A stretch of DNA of 64,000 nucleotides. It comes from Takakia lepidozioides. Its lineage: Eukaryota > Plantae > Bryophyta. Position 1 is the first letter of the stretch, and each line of letters begins with the position of its first letter. Below, one piece after another: positions 1 through 12,429 of this stretch. The DNA lies in NCBI GenBank assembly GCA_030704615.1, contig CM060732.1, positions 43,276,001 to 43,340,000 of the forward strand, in the 5' to 3' direction. The notes below the pieces were generated by a model. It was not told the origin of the DNA, made no database searches, and saw only the letters and a program-made list of their open reading frames with translations. Position numbers and translations under genes: made by a program.

Positions 1-2508
1 ATGAACCCAAGCTAGCATCGGTATGTGTAATGATACAATAGGGGTAGAAGGTATGGCGTACAATGATCAGCATACAAGGTACAATATGCAAGATTTCTTC
101 AATTTTTGTCACGGCAGAGCTTTTCTCCCATTTGTTACAATCTAGCCTTACAAAACAAAGACCTTCACTAATTTATGAGCAATACAAATTAGTTTGCATG
201 GGCATGTGTGATTGCAATTCTTTTTAACCTTTTGTATGTTGCCCTCAAATCTGGTTTTAATTTCGTCTTTGAATATAGTATGATGACTGTTAGGGTATAC
301 CATACCATTGCACATGCTCCGTCATTTGAGTTTTTGCCATACCCATGCCTGTGGGACCAGGATATCTCAAAATTGGAAATACCCATACCCATCCTATAAC
401 CTACCTGGCCCGTCCTAATCTACCCCGGGCCCTACCAATTGGACCCAAGAGCCAAGTTGGACCTACCAGTACCAGTCTGGTATGTCAAAATGGACATAAT
501 GGACATACCAGTAGAGCACTGGTTACAACCTAGCGTCTCTGAGCCTCATAGGAAAATCTTATGATAGAAAATGGTTGTTTCTAAAAATAGACCAAAGTAG
601 CCATCTCGTATCAGAGAGACTAATGAAGGAGAAGATATGTTCTTCGTAGTCTCAATCTCTCTATTATGAGCCTGCGCCAGCTGCAGATGCATAGTAGATA
701 GATCAATATTTGGCAACATTAGGATGCTCTTTCAAATCGGACTAGGGGCATTGAGAGTCCATAATCTTACAAGTCAGTGTAAATGTCATCATTGAATCTC
801 AACTCGTTAAAACACACTCATAGATCGCCTCCTATTATGCAAGTAGTGTTGTTTAAAATAGAACCCTGTTTGTGACCACCACAACTGCTTCCAGTCCTTC
901 AATGGAATATCGCCCACCAAATTTCATGGTCGTATCAATGTGTAATTCTCCAATCCCTGCTTCTGACATTCTTTGCAAATCCATGCTATTTCGGTTTTTC
1001 TTCCAGGCTCCTTATACAAGACTTGCTCCAAACCAAACACACTTGAGATGTTATTTACATCTCCCAAGAAGTCAATGAGACCCCATGTAGCTGCATCTTT
1101 GTCAAATGGCAGACCATCGTCCCCTCCATCTGCGGGTAACACCTTATCGATAACCCCGGAGTCTAAACCAAGCGCTAGAAGGTCCGCAAATTCAAGGATC
1201 ATACTGCCTACCCCAGTTGTTATGTGCACACCCACTTTTGATCAACAATGTAATGGTTTTGAGGCCCCATACCAACAATGGTCGAATATTACGTCCCAAT
1301 TCACTTTCACGAGTAACCGGACAACCAACTTGACCATGTACTACATGGATAGCATTTATGTTCTCACACATGAAGTGAAGTTGCAATGGAGTCGAGCCTG
1401 ACAAGATGTAGGTGAATATTTTTCTGCCAAACGCGACGTCAGTGGTGGTGAAGTAGACAAGCCGAGGAACTTTACGTTGTTGCAATTATTCAGAGAAGTC
1501 GATCATCTTATCCAACTTTGAGCAAAGACTTGGCAAAAGTTTTTTTGCAAAGATTCAATGTCTTTGCCCAGTTTCAATATGCTTGCTTGTAACGTCTGTA
1601 AATAGTTCTTCACCTCCTTCATGTCACTTCGGATCTCGTGATGTAAATTCTTCACACCTTTTGCAATACCAGCTATAGTCTCTTCAACTTCAATTGGAGT
1701 ATTCCATTGAGTAGCTTCGTGCTCCTCCATATTATCTGTATCATTTAACAAATTAAGTTTTTGTTGCATACTTTTCAAATATCGAAGGCGGCTGGACAAC
1801 ATATCCACACATTCTTTGTTGCCCAACAAACCTCGACCTTGTCAAAACCACCTTGCACTATATTACCCTCAGACGGGTCCTATGTATGTGCATATGTGAG
1901 CTTGCCTACATTCTTGAGCATGTCCTTCTCCACCTTCCCTTTTAACATCTTCACCAACACTGCTTGATTTTTTCGGTATTTATATGGGTCAATCTCTCCA
2001 CGCACATTGGTCGCAAAATGTTGTTCACAAGTACAACTCCTTGACATCCAACTGTTGGAGAGGCACATAAACTGACAATGTGCTTCATGATTTGTTCTTC
2101 CACAAATTCGAGAATCTCATCTCTTGTCTTCAACGATGAACGAGAGCGGACTAGAATGTCAATGTCGAAGCCTGTATCGCCACCATACTCGACTATGATC
2201 TCCATACGATCGTAACCAAAAGAGATCACATCTTTGTCAAGGTGGTAGCCTTTACTCTTGCGAAATGATACCTGTATGAGTAAAATGACATATGTATATG
2301 ATAGTTATATATCCAACTCGCACTACATTTTAAATTATTTTTTGAATTAATTGGCTTTAGTCACACATACAATCAAACCACTTATTTTGCTATTCATGTG
2401 GAATTCGATCGGCTCGGCGATGACTCGTAATCGAGTCTACTTTATCTCGGGAAGGGATAACTAAGACAAGACAAGCCTACAGGCTGTCCTAGTACTATCT
2501 CTATTTTG

Positions 2509-2514
<6 letters not shown>

Positions 2515-2539
<25 letters not shown>
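2515..2539. repeat. (TA)n microsatellite in the TRN1-like intron
   Basis: Direct inspection. Confidence 0.95.
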
Positions 2540-2551
2540 CTTGGTTTCAGA

Positions 2552-2705
2552 CAACCAAGTTGTAGCCCAATGGTAATGGACATATACCACTTTGGAAGAA
2601 GTTGTGGATTCAATCCACCGATTGGTGTCACAAAGGTGTCTGCCTTCTTGCTGGAAGGCAATAGCCCACCATAATCTACTCTTCTTTCGGGAGGCGTCAT
2701 ATATT
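2552..2705 (+). mobile_element. tRNA-derived SINE, family B
   Basis: A-box-like TAGCCCAATGG and B-box-like GGATTCAATCC; colinear with the interrupted copy at 31577-32115 (shared caaccaagttgtagcc and gtcacaaaggtgtc). Confidence 0.6.
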
Positions 2706-4257
2706 ATTATATATGTACTCGGTTACATTTTTCATAGGATGATACCTGTAACCGCGGGAAAAATTCCGCAATGAGAAAAATGAGATTTTGCTCGCTACAC
2801 GCCAACCTCCGTCCAATGTACATGTAATCTGACGCCTCTTCGGTCTCGCATGGCCACCTCAATGATCTTCTTTTTTTGGACAAAATGATTGGAATAAAAA
2901 CAATTTTGTCATCCACCTCAAAGCACATGTCCAAATTGATCATCATATGTAGTAGGTCTTTTATTGTGGATCCAAGTATCTTTTGACCTGTATCTTCTCG
3001 CCACGGTGTAAAAGAACTTGAATACTCATGATGGTTTTTATGAGTTCTATAGACACACAACCATCATCGCTCTCAAATCGAAGCTTGGCGTGCAGATCAA
3101 AGATCCCTGAACTTGTGATGAGATTTCCCATGATTTTATGACAAACCAATGGGGGCTTAAAACCACGCATTGAGAATCACCTTCGTAATGAATTAGCTGA
3201 CCAGCTTCATGCAAGGTCGCAACAACAGCTCTCCGTAGATTTTCAATTCTCGGAGGATCATCAATCGTACTCTCTCTCAAACTTGGTATTTCATTGCAAA
3301 GAGCAACAAAATCAGCCCATTGTAGGAGAGGCGGGTGAGGATTTCGTGTGTTCCAATTGTTGATCTCAAGTTGCATCTCAACACATTGCTCAAGGACCTT
3401 GGGTGACTCTTCTAAGATGGTAAGAAGCTGCAACTTGATGGCATCCCATATTGAAGAGGTTGAAACATCTGAACGAGCATCGACCAGATAAAAATCTTTT
3501 CCAATGCCAATGACCCTTTTAAATTGAGACCTCAGATTAGTTAACACACCCTCCATCTCTGTGCAAAATGCTTCCATGTGCCTTTTGTTTTGGAACTGAT
3601 CCGCACAGGTAAATACAACTGACACACGAGGATGATACAATGTTGATCTTCTTGTATTTGAAGCGAAAAATCGTAACCAATATAATAGCTCGTTCTTGAT
3701 TGTCTCCAATTTCGTTTGTCCATGGTCAACGTCGTTTGTCATCTTCAATGGGTCGCACACAAGTATCAATATGCCGGCACTCCCTTGGCCGTTAATGTTA
3801 GGCAACATCATATCATGAAATGAATGGAAATCCTCTTGCCCGGCAATATCCCATAAAGGTATTTGAATGTTGTTGTTAAGCATTGTAGTCTCAACCTCGA
3901 TCCCTCGTGTGCGTTGCAACTCCGGTCTAATGCATTGCAATTTTGAAAAAACAATCATGCCCTTACGCCATGCTTTAACCCACATGTTCGAAGTCTTGTA
4001 TGAAATCCTTCGAGCCATTGATGTCCGCAAGGTTGTTTTCCCTAAAACATGACGGGCATATCATCAAAATGCATATTTAAACAATATTGATTGTCTATCT
4101 TATATTTTCAAAAATCATATTGTAAATGTCACCTACTATATTTAAGAAATGTAATTTTTTCAACTAATTACCTTCAGTACAATTTATCAAACCAGCCTAT
4201 GTTTGGAAAGAAAATACTCATCTCTTTGCTTTAACGGACTACAAAACATATCTAACG

Positions 4258-4445
4258 TTGGAAGCTCAGTTGGATAGTGCATACAATGCCACCCAGATGA
4301 TTAAGTGTCAAATTCTGCTACTTGGACGTGTGTGATATGTTCTTTTCCCCTTCCGGTGCGAAAGTGCACGGTTCCTATGATTAATGAACATTGAGGGCCT
4401 GATTAATGAACTGTCTTTCCAGGTGTCTCTTTTGAAAAAAAACAT
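4258..4445 (+). mobile_element. Degenerate tRNA-derived SINE, family A
   Basis: ggaagctcagttggatag...tgccac...tcaaattctgctac...gtgtg aligns to 30269-30350; A-rich end. Confidence 0.5.
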
Positions 4446-5804
4446 TCGATAAAATAAAAATAAGACAAACATAATTCCTCTGTTTTTAGATCTATTATTA
4501 TTAATTTAGTATGATTTTTACTTACACACATTGTTTTTTTTTTTGTTAACAGGGGGATTAATGCCCTGGTTAACTTTATTATAAACTGTTGTTTTGAAGA
4601 TGAGAAAGTTTGATTAAAATGGCCTAGACCTATCTTTTTTTGCCTTAAAAAATAAGAAACAAAATGTGGATTAAAAAACTATCTTAGAATATATGCACAC
4701 AATTCGAATATAGTGAAGATTTTTTTTTATTACCAGCAAGACCGTAGCCGCAAAGGAACAAACGCGCTGCATTTGGAGTCACGACCTTCATTCCTCTCAA
4801 CACCTCCGCGTGCTCGGTCCCCCTGGCTGTCTCGTCACCCGACACGGCTCCCCCAATGGTCACCTGCTCCTGCTCCTCGGTAATGGACAGCTTCTGCAGC
4901 GCGCGGTTGGGCTCCGAGGCATGTGAGGCAGCAAGCGGAGCCACCAACACTTGCACACTCTCTGCATCCAAATTCCTTACAGACACAGACATGGCTCCAC
5001 GTCTTCATCCCTACGTCGATCCACAAGCGTTTTAAAGTTTGGTTGGAGTGCAGGCCTCTGCAAAACTCCTGTACCTCCTGCACATCCGCTTTTAAGTTAT
5101 CTGCCTCTACCCTCGTTCCTATAAAACTTACAAGCACGTCGGACACTAGGGAGGAGGAAGCAAGTGCACGGAGAACATCCAACCGAATATGGTGGTCGCT
5201 GCTCGTATCTTCCTCCGAAGGAAATTTGTACACAGCACTCTCCTTGTTAGCGAAAAGTATCATAACATAAGATTCCGACAAAACTACATAAGATGAAGAG
5301 CGAGATGAGATTGCCGAAAGAAGATCTCCGAGCTCCTGGAAAACGTTATCGCTCGCCATTACAAGCGGAAGAAATGGGACCCTCCAATGCGACGACCGCT
5401 TCCCACAAACCAGCAATAACGTTTTACACGTCGTGGGTAGCAAACCAAGGAACGTGGAGCCTGTTCCACAACATCGCTCGAGAACTTGGTACAAAGAAGT
5501 TGAGAATCGGACAGACAATCTGCACTTCAGACTAGGCTCTCCGTCGAGCCGCACTCATGTGCAGCAGAGAGCGCAGCACGGGGCGGCCCTTGAGGCGATT
5601 CAGCCACCATGACCTGCAGGAGCCAACAAGACCGTCTTGGATGAAGTCTGCATTGAGCCCGGTGGCCCGGCCTTCCGTAAGAAACTGAGGAGTGGAGAGT
5701 GCAGAGCAAGGCTTTCGAGAGTCAGTCTTCAGCGTCCTTACAAAGAAACACATGCAGCTTCACAAGGGAGCACTGAAAAGAGCCTTGTATGTATTTGGAT
5801 ACTT

Positions 5805-6300
5805 GCAGATGTTGTGGATATTTGAAGTCCACTCCAGGGCCCAGGCAGTCAAACCAGAAAACTTAAAAAAGCTTAAAGCTTTCCTTTCCCCTGTGACTTT
5901 GTCGGCCTCATAAAGCATTCTCCACTGCAACGCTGGAACGACAACTACTTGGAACCAGGTACCGACAATGGTGTGGGCGATCAAATTCCTGTTCAGCAGC
6001 ATTACTTGTGTACGTAGGAAGCTGCTGTGGTTCATGTCACAAACTCAATAAACGCGCCAAATCGAACAAGCAGATATGCAATAACTATGATTATCAAATT
6101 ATCATCTGGCACCTGTAGATGTTCTGGATATTCAAATTCCGCTTGGAAGACTCCCTCTCAAACCAGAAAATTTGCAGAAGCTATTTAAGCTTTCCTTTCC
6201 CATGTGACATATTTGTGCTTTCCCCATGCGACTTGGTCGTCTGTGACTAAGTTTTTCTTTGCCTAAAGCATCCTGGACTGCAACTACTGGAATCCAAGCC
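5805..6300. repeat. Diverged local direct duplication (~150 bp; about 5805-5950 and 6115-6290)
   Basis: Shared blocks agatgtt.tggatatt, tcaaaccagaaaa, aagctttcctttccc.tgtgac and taaagcat...actgcaac. Confidence 0.6.
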
Positions 6301-7629
6301 ACTGGGTTTGGGACCCACGACTGGGACGAGGTACTACGCAGACTCGATTGCCATCCGCACCACCTTAAAGTGAATGTGCTCCTGAATACATGTACGTCCT
6401 AACGTTCTTTCCCAGTGCTCTCGTATTTTGTGGACTCAGTGTATGTGAGAAAGGATGGGAGTACTACTGCATCCAACTTCTGAGCTTATACTGTAGATCA
6501 CAATGACAAGTTGGGACTTGTTTCTAGCAGGAGACACACCTTGCAATATCTGAGGGAACTTCTAACATATGCATGCCTTCGATGTCATCGATGCACAGGC
6601 CCACAAATAACCATCTTGGTAGCTACAAGTTCAAGTATGCCAGGAACTCGAGGTTATGATATTGTTCAGGCAAAGGTGTTGAACCCGTACAACAAGCTGC
6701 ACTTGGTGACCTTGCACTAGAATTGCGTACTTGAGTGACAGTTTGGCTACTCTCGATGTACACAGCATTTGCTTCCCCTCCTACTTCAGGATTCAGCTGG
6801 GACAAAAACAAAAGGCATCCCAGGCGCAGGGAGCCACAGCAATTCATGACGAGTTTTGAAACAGCTTTTCACTCGTCCAAGTGACTGACTAGTTGTTGCT
6901 TTCTTGTAGCAGCACTGAGTATAATAGGTGGGGAGCTACTTTTTAATTCCAAAGAAAAGGAAGATCTGCAGCTCAGATTGCTGGTCAGTACCTCTTGGCC
7001 CGCTGACTTGGATTGCGCAGCTTTATCTCTCCAATTTCAAATTCAATTTTGTTATATTTCTGTCCTGGGAACCAAAACAGCAGGTTAAGATGATGCCTGT
7101 TCCCAAGAAAATGTATACATTCATGTACAGCTTCATGCCTGTCCCAATTCCGTGCAACAAAATGATTCAAGTCCTGAAGTAAGCCCTGTGTGTGTCCCGC
7201 GTTGACTAGTCTTGTGCAGCCAGGGATTAGGAGTTCAAGTTGGGTTTAAAACAGGACCGGCACCTTCTTGAGACACCTGGTGAGGCACCCAGCTCTCATG
7301 ACCGAGCCATGACCACCTGAGCTTTGATTTTCATTGTCGGAATTTTGTGTTTCACATTGACCTGCAGCATGGTCTGCATATGAAATCGTTGCTTGGACCT
7401 ACTTCGCCAGCTGGGTAGCTTCACTCAATTTACCTTCATCCCCTTATCATGGGAGTTCGTTGAGTGGCCCTGTGAACAAATGGAGAACAACTCGAATTAG
7501 AAGCTGAATTGTCAACATGGTAACATTGGAAGAACTGCCTGGGCCTTCCTGTCAACAAACATTGGCACTTGGTGGGCATAAACCAAAGAAAACCATGTGT
7601 ACCTTTTGTAAAGAATTGACACATTATCA

Positions 7630-7960
7630 GACCAGATGCTGGGGTGTGGAGAGCACGGGCACTGCTTGCTGCCTGCAGACTTCGTGATGATTTGGAGGTA
7701 GCAGAACATGCTTCAGACAACATTCTCAACAGGGATCCACAGCACCCTGCAGGTTATGTGTTGTATTTGAACATCAATGCCGCAGCTGGTAGGTGGGAGG
7801 ATAGTGCAAACGTGAGAAAACTGATGGAGGACATAGATGTCAAAGAGGAGCCAGGGCACAGCCGCATAGACATTGACAACCATCTGTAAACAATCGTCGT
7901 AGAGGACACATCACATCCACGAATTGAGGAAGTACATGGCGAGGTGAAGAGATTGTCTGT
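7630..7960 (+). pseudogene. PLS-PPR editing factor relic (E1-E2-PG box)
   Basis: PDAGVWR...ALLAACR...GYVLYLNINAAAGRWED...KEEPGHSRIDIDN, then a stop and VEDTSHP; no upstream PPR array or DYW core. Confidence 0.85.
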
Positions 7961-8025
7961 CTCCATAATGCTCCCTGGAAGATATGATGTTGCCCCATAG
8001 AAGTGCAAGACCTCGCATGAAAATC

Positions 8026-8320
8026 TACTCATGAGACGTTTGCTGTAGCCTTGTGGCCATAGACCCCGCGCCCAGTCTGGGCAGAACAAGAGACACATAC
8101 ACTACCTTTGTGAGGGGCACATTCCAGTAGTTTGGTGTAAACAATTGGTTCGGGCTTTCCACAATTTCATCTCGAAAGCCCTTCAGGTAAGCATCGATCT
8201 GCTGTGTGTGAGTTGCCCAGCAATTAGATCCCAACAGGGCCCGGCTTTCGGCTCAGCCTCCAGATTTTGAAAGTGAAGGGGAAGAGGGCAGAGACAAAGG
8301 GGCAGAGAGACAGACAGAGG
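8026..8320 (-). mobile_element. LINE 3' end fragment (same family as 14915-15665)
   Basis: Aligns with 14975-15250; encodes ...LEAEPKA... and terminal GRGVYGHKATANVS*. Confidence 0.8.
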
Positions 8321-8381
8321 AGCACTATACAATGTGGTCATGCCCCGAGCATATGGTGATTGCCGTTCCTTGTTCCAATAA

Positions 8382-11205
8382 TTACCAATAATCCCCGCAA
8401 GAACACAGCCCATTCTTGAAGTGATGGAAGCGATTGGCATCCCTTGCGACAATTTCACGGCCAGCAATCTTGGAGATGAACTTGGTGGCAGTGTGGCAAT
8501 CACCACATACCCGAAGGTTCTTGATGATGCGTATAGGTGTCCCAGGGGGCGTGCTGATGAGTCCGAAGGAAATTGCGAGCTTTTCACTGTGATGGCAGAG
8601 AGCCTGTTCCTTAGTCTGCAGGTCCACATCATGTAAGACAAAGCGTGTGTCTGGCAAATATCCTGCCTCCTTTATCTGCATTGTTAATTGCTCCAACTCG
8701 GCATAGATTTGCACCGTTTGTGGGTGTGACTTATCTTCTACAAGAAATGTATGTACCCTGTTCTTGACCTCAATCCAGGTGCACCCTGGCTCTTTTTTCA
8801 CACCCTTCTCCTGCATTAATTTTCTAGTTTTTGCCACAGCCTCCCACGCGCCTGCGGCAGCATAAATGTTTGAAAGCAGCACATACACTGAAGCATTCTG
8901 TGGCTCCAATTTGAGAGCACCCTCTGCAGCACGTTCTGCAATATCCACATTACCATGGATTCTGCATGCACTGAGCAAGGCCCCCCAAACCGAAGTGTCT
9001 GGATCACATGGCATGTTATTGATGAGGTCTTCTGCTTCATCCAAGCACCCTGCACGGCCCAGAAGGTCAACGATACATCCATAGTGCTCCTGTGATGGGG
9101 TGATCTGATGAGCTTGACTCATGCAACCAAAATAGTGACGGCCTTCATCCACTAGCCCGACATGGCTGCATGCAGAGAGAACACCAATAAATGTGACACT
9201 GGTTGGCTTCACCCCTTCCCATTGCATTTTCTCAAAGTGTTGGAGGGCCTCATTACAATGCCCATTCTGGGCATAACCAACAATCATTGCATTCCACAAG
9301 ACCACATCTTGTTCAAGAGTACTGTCAAACACTTGCCGTGCATCCACCACACTCCCACACTTTGAATACATGTCAACGAGGGCACTCCCCACTTGTACAT
9401 CTGAGGCAGATCCAGCTTCAATGATGTGGGAATGGACAGACTTGCCCTCTTCCAGGGCTCCTACGCGGGCGCATGCATTCAAGATGCAGACAAAAGTAAC
9501 CTTGTCAGGCTCCACCCCTTCTCTTTGCATTTCCCGAAATAGTTTGAATGCCTCTCCTCCATGCCCTTCCTCAGCTTGTCCTCCAATCATCGCATTCCAT
9601 GAGACAACATTTCGTTTAGGCATTTCCAAGAACACCCTGTGTGCATCCACCAAACTCCCGCACTTCCAATACATGGTGATAAGCGCAGTCCCCACTCGAA
9701 CATCTGACTCAAATCCAGCTTTTGTGATGCTCATATGGAGCTGCTTACCCTGCTCCAAAGCCATTGGGGTTGCACATGCGCTGAGGATGCTCATGAAGGT
9801 GATCTTGTTTGGCTTGACACCTTCTTCTTGCATTTGCCGAAATACTTCAAAAGCCTCTGACCCATGCCCTTCCCGTGCAAGTCCTGTGATCATCACAGTC
9901 CATGAGATTACATCTCGCTTAGGCATTTTGTCAAACACTAGGCGTGCATCCACCACACTCCCACACTTGCAAAAGATGCTGAGCAGGGTATTCCCCATGC
10001 GGACATATGACTGGCAAGATAATGAAGCTGACCATGTTTCCCTCACGCATTTATCAAACACTTGCAGCGCATCCACCAAACTCCCGCACTTGCAGTACAT
10101 GTTGGCAAGGGCAGTCGCCACTTCAACATCTGACTCCAAACCAGCTTTGATAATGCCCGCATGGACTTGCTTGCCCTGCTCCAGAGCGGCTGAGCTGGCA
10201 CATGCACTGAGGATGCCAATGAAAGTGACCTTGTCTGCCTTCAGACCTTCTGATTGCATTTGCCAAAAAAGTTTCAAAGCTTCCTCACCATGACCATTCT
10301 GAGCAGATCCTGCAATCATTGCAGTCCATGAAACCACATTTCGCTCAGGCATTTTGTTAAAAGCTTGTCGCGCATCAACGATACTTCCGCATTTACAATA
10401 CATGTTGATAAGGGCAGTTCCCACTCGGACATCTGACTCAAATCCAGCTAAGATGATGAGCTCATGGAACCACTTGCCCTGTTCTAGATCTGCTGGGCTG
10501 ATACACACCTTCAGGATGCTAATGAAAGTGACTTTGTCAGGCTTCGATCCTTCTAGTTGCATTCTCAGAAAGAGTTCAACTGCCTCTGTACCATGCCCTC
10601 CCTGGGCAAGTCCTGCAATCATCGCAGTCCATGAGATCACGTTCCGTTTGGGCATTTGGTCAAACACTTTGTGCGCATCCACAACACTCCCGCACTTGCA
10701 ATACATGCTGACAAGTGTGTTTCCTAGGAAAATATCTGGCTCGAATCCACTTTGACAGATGTGGGCATGGACCCCCTTACCAACCGCCAGGGATTTAGCA
10801 CTAGCACACCCTTGCAAGAGACGAGCGCACGCGTCCGAATATGGTCCAAAGCCTCTTTGCTCCATAACATCCAGAATGTGCACTGCCTCCTTCAATCGTC
10901 CCTCCTTACACAACATGGTCACATCTCCATGATAATTTGTCATGTTCGTGGCCGTGCCACCACTCACACATTTGCCCCAACTCTGATGCCCCACAATCAT
11001 CTTGGTCTGATTCCAGACCTCCAGCCCCATCGGCCTGCATGAATATAATGCAAAAGATAAGTAGAAAGAAGTAACAGTTGATAAGGGTCTGGATCGATAT
11101 CCCCTCAACTCTTTGAAAGACAGATTTCTTGCTTGCATTCACAGTGGAAAAGACGGATAAAAGAAGAGCATACCAGGTGGTCCAAAGCAGCCTTTGGAAT
11201 TTCAT
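8382..11205 (-). CDS. PLS-class PPR protein with E1-E2-DYW (PG-type) cytidine deaminase; organellar C-to-U editing factor
   Basis: Regular P-L-S triplets; PG box PGCTWIEV, HSEKLA, CGDC and terminal DYW. Proposed exon 1 11205-11174 (MKFQRLLWTT) is spliced in phase 2 to 11034-8382. Confidence 0.95.
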
Positions 11206-11489
11206 TCCGGCGATACCAGCTGCTAGAGCTTACGCAATGATAAGTGTTGAATTTCGAGAGGCACATGCGGTTCATATTGTTCAGAAAGCAATTGACTGGA
11301 GACTCAATACGCATTTGCTGCCTAGAGCTGGATCGTTCAACTGACGACTAGAAATCCTGGCGTACTCGCCGGTTTCTTTGTAGACCAATCTCCAAACAAA
11401 ATGCTTCGCTGGATTTTTGCAGACATGTAATTCGATGGGTTTGTCACCGCAAAGCAGAGGGGGAGAGAGGATTTGTAGACCAATCTCCA

Positions 11490-11935
11490 GACGCATCGGA
11501 TATCTGGTGTTGGGCATATGTTGCAGCTGACCCCACCATCTGACCTTGAATTCATCTCGTCAGGAGCTTAAGGACGGAATGCCAAACTCACCCCGAACAG
11601 CCACATTGGCTGTTTTGGAGCATGCTGACATACACTCCTTAAGCACCCCCACTTGAATGGATTCTAGAGACTTAGCCTGGTTGGAGTTATCAACCCATAT
11701 AGCAGATCCGTACTCCAAGGCAGGTCTAATAACGCGACAAAGCATGATTTTCTTAACCCCAGAGTTGACCCCTCTGCAGTGGAAAAATTTAGTGAGCCCC
11801 AGAGCTTTGCCCTTGCCAGTTTGAACAACTTTCCGGATATGTGCATCCCAATTACAATTGGAGGAGAACTCAACGCCCAGGTAAGTGTAGGAAGGGAGGA
11901 CCGGGATCTCTTGGCTACCCCACTGCCACTTAACC
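11490..11935 (-). mobile_element. LINE ORF2 fragment (RT C-terminal/thumb region)
   Basis: YTYLGVEF...WDAHI...IRPALEYGSAIW...LESIQ...AVRGEFG, then TGA at 11560-11562 (likely ex-CGA) and RWW...MPNTRYP. Confidence 0.85.
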
Positions 11936-12429
11936 ATATGCAACGTGCGTGCCAAATTTGGGAGCGAACAGAATTCATTTGGACCCAAAACCACAGTTTC
12001 TTCCCTATTTTGCACTCCAAACTTGATTTGTGTTCAACTTTCATGCACTCTTCATAGAGAGTTCTGCAATAGTGAGCGGAGAGAACACTTTTTTTTTCGG
12101 GGCATGTTTTTATTGGTCCAGATTTTGGCGGGGGAGTAGTGGTGGGATGCTGGAAGCCGCAGAACAAAATTGAGCCAAAAACAAAATCGATACGTGCCAG
12201 AAACCCCCAATGAAAGGCAGTGCAAACCTATTTATTGGCTTAAAATTAATTTAAATTCAATTACATTATGGAATGGCTTGGTGTCGATGGGGAGGCAAAT
12301 GATTTATTCGTCTGTTGTGTCTCCGCACATGTGTCGCGCACATGCGGGGCAAAAGAGGGGCTTCAACCACATCCGTTCAATGGGTGCAATAGCCGCGCAC
12401 GCATCGCAGGATTTTTTTTCCGCAATGAA

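Larger units (their letters stand above)
924..5359 (-). pseudogene. TORNADO1-like LRR-Roc-COR protein gene, multiply frameshifted
   Basis: The P-loop CGYGLAG|KTT is split by a GT-AG intron (4733-4042). Roc motifs RTRGIEV and LWDIAGQEDFHSFHDMM; COR motif YIGRRLAC...FFPRLQV; TRN1-like C-terminus (KVPRLVY, LHFMCE...HVV.GQVGC, IAWICKEC). Homology jumps frame at about 4990, 3145, 2960, 1985, 1830 and 1230, with an in-frame TAG at about 1880. Second intron about 2747-2273. Confidence 0.85.

Noticed and set aside
8553-8575. ctgatgagtccgaaggaaa resembles a hammerhead ribozyme core
   Set aside because: It is the antisense of the DYW coding motif ISFGLIS; stem II closure, GAAA-stem III and the cleavage triplet context are missing
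9370-10755. Long plus-strand ORFs (307 aa and 133 aa)
   Set aside because: Antisense shadows of the repetitive PPR coding sequence
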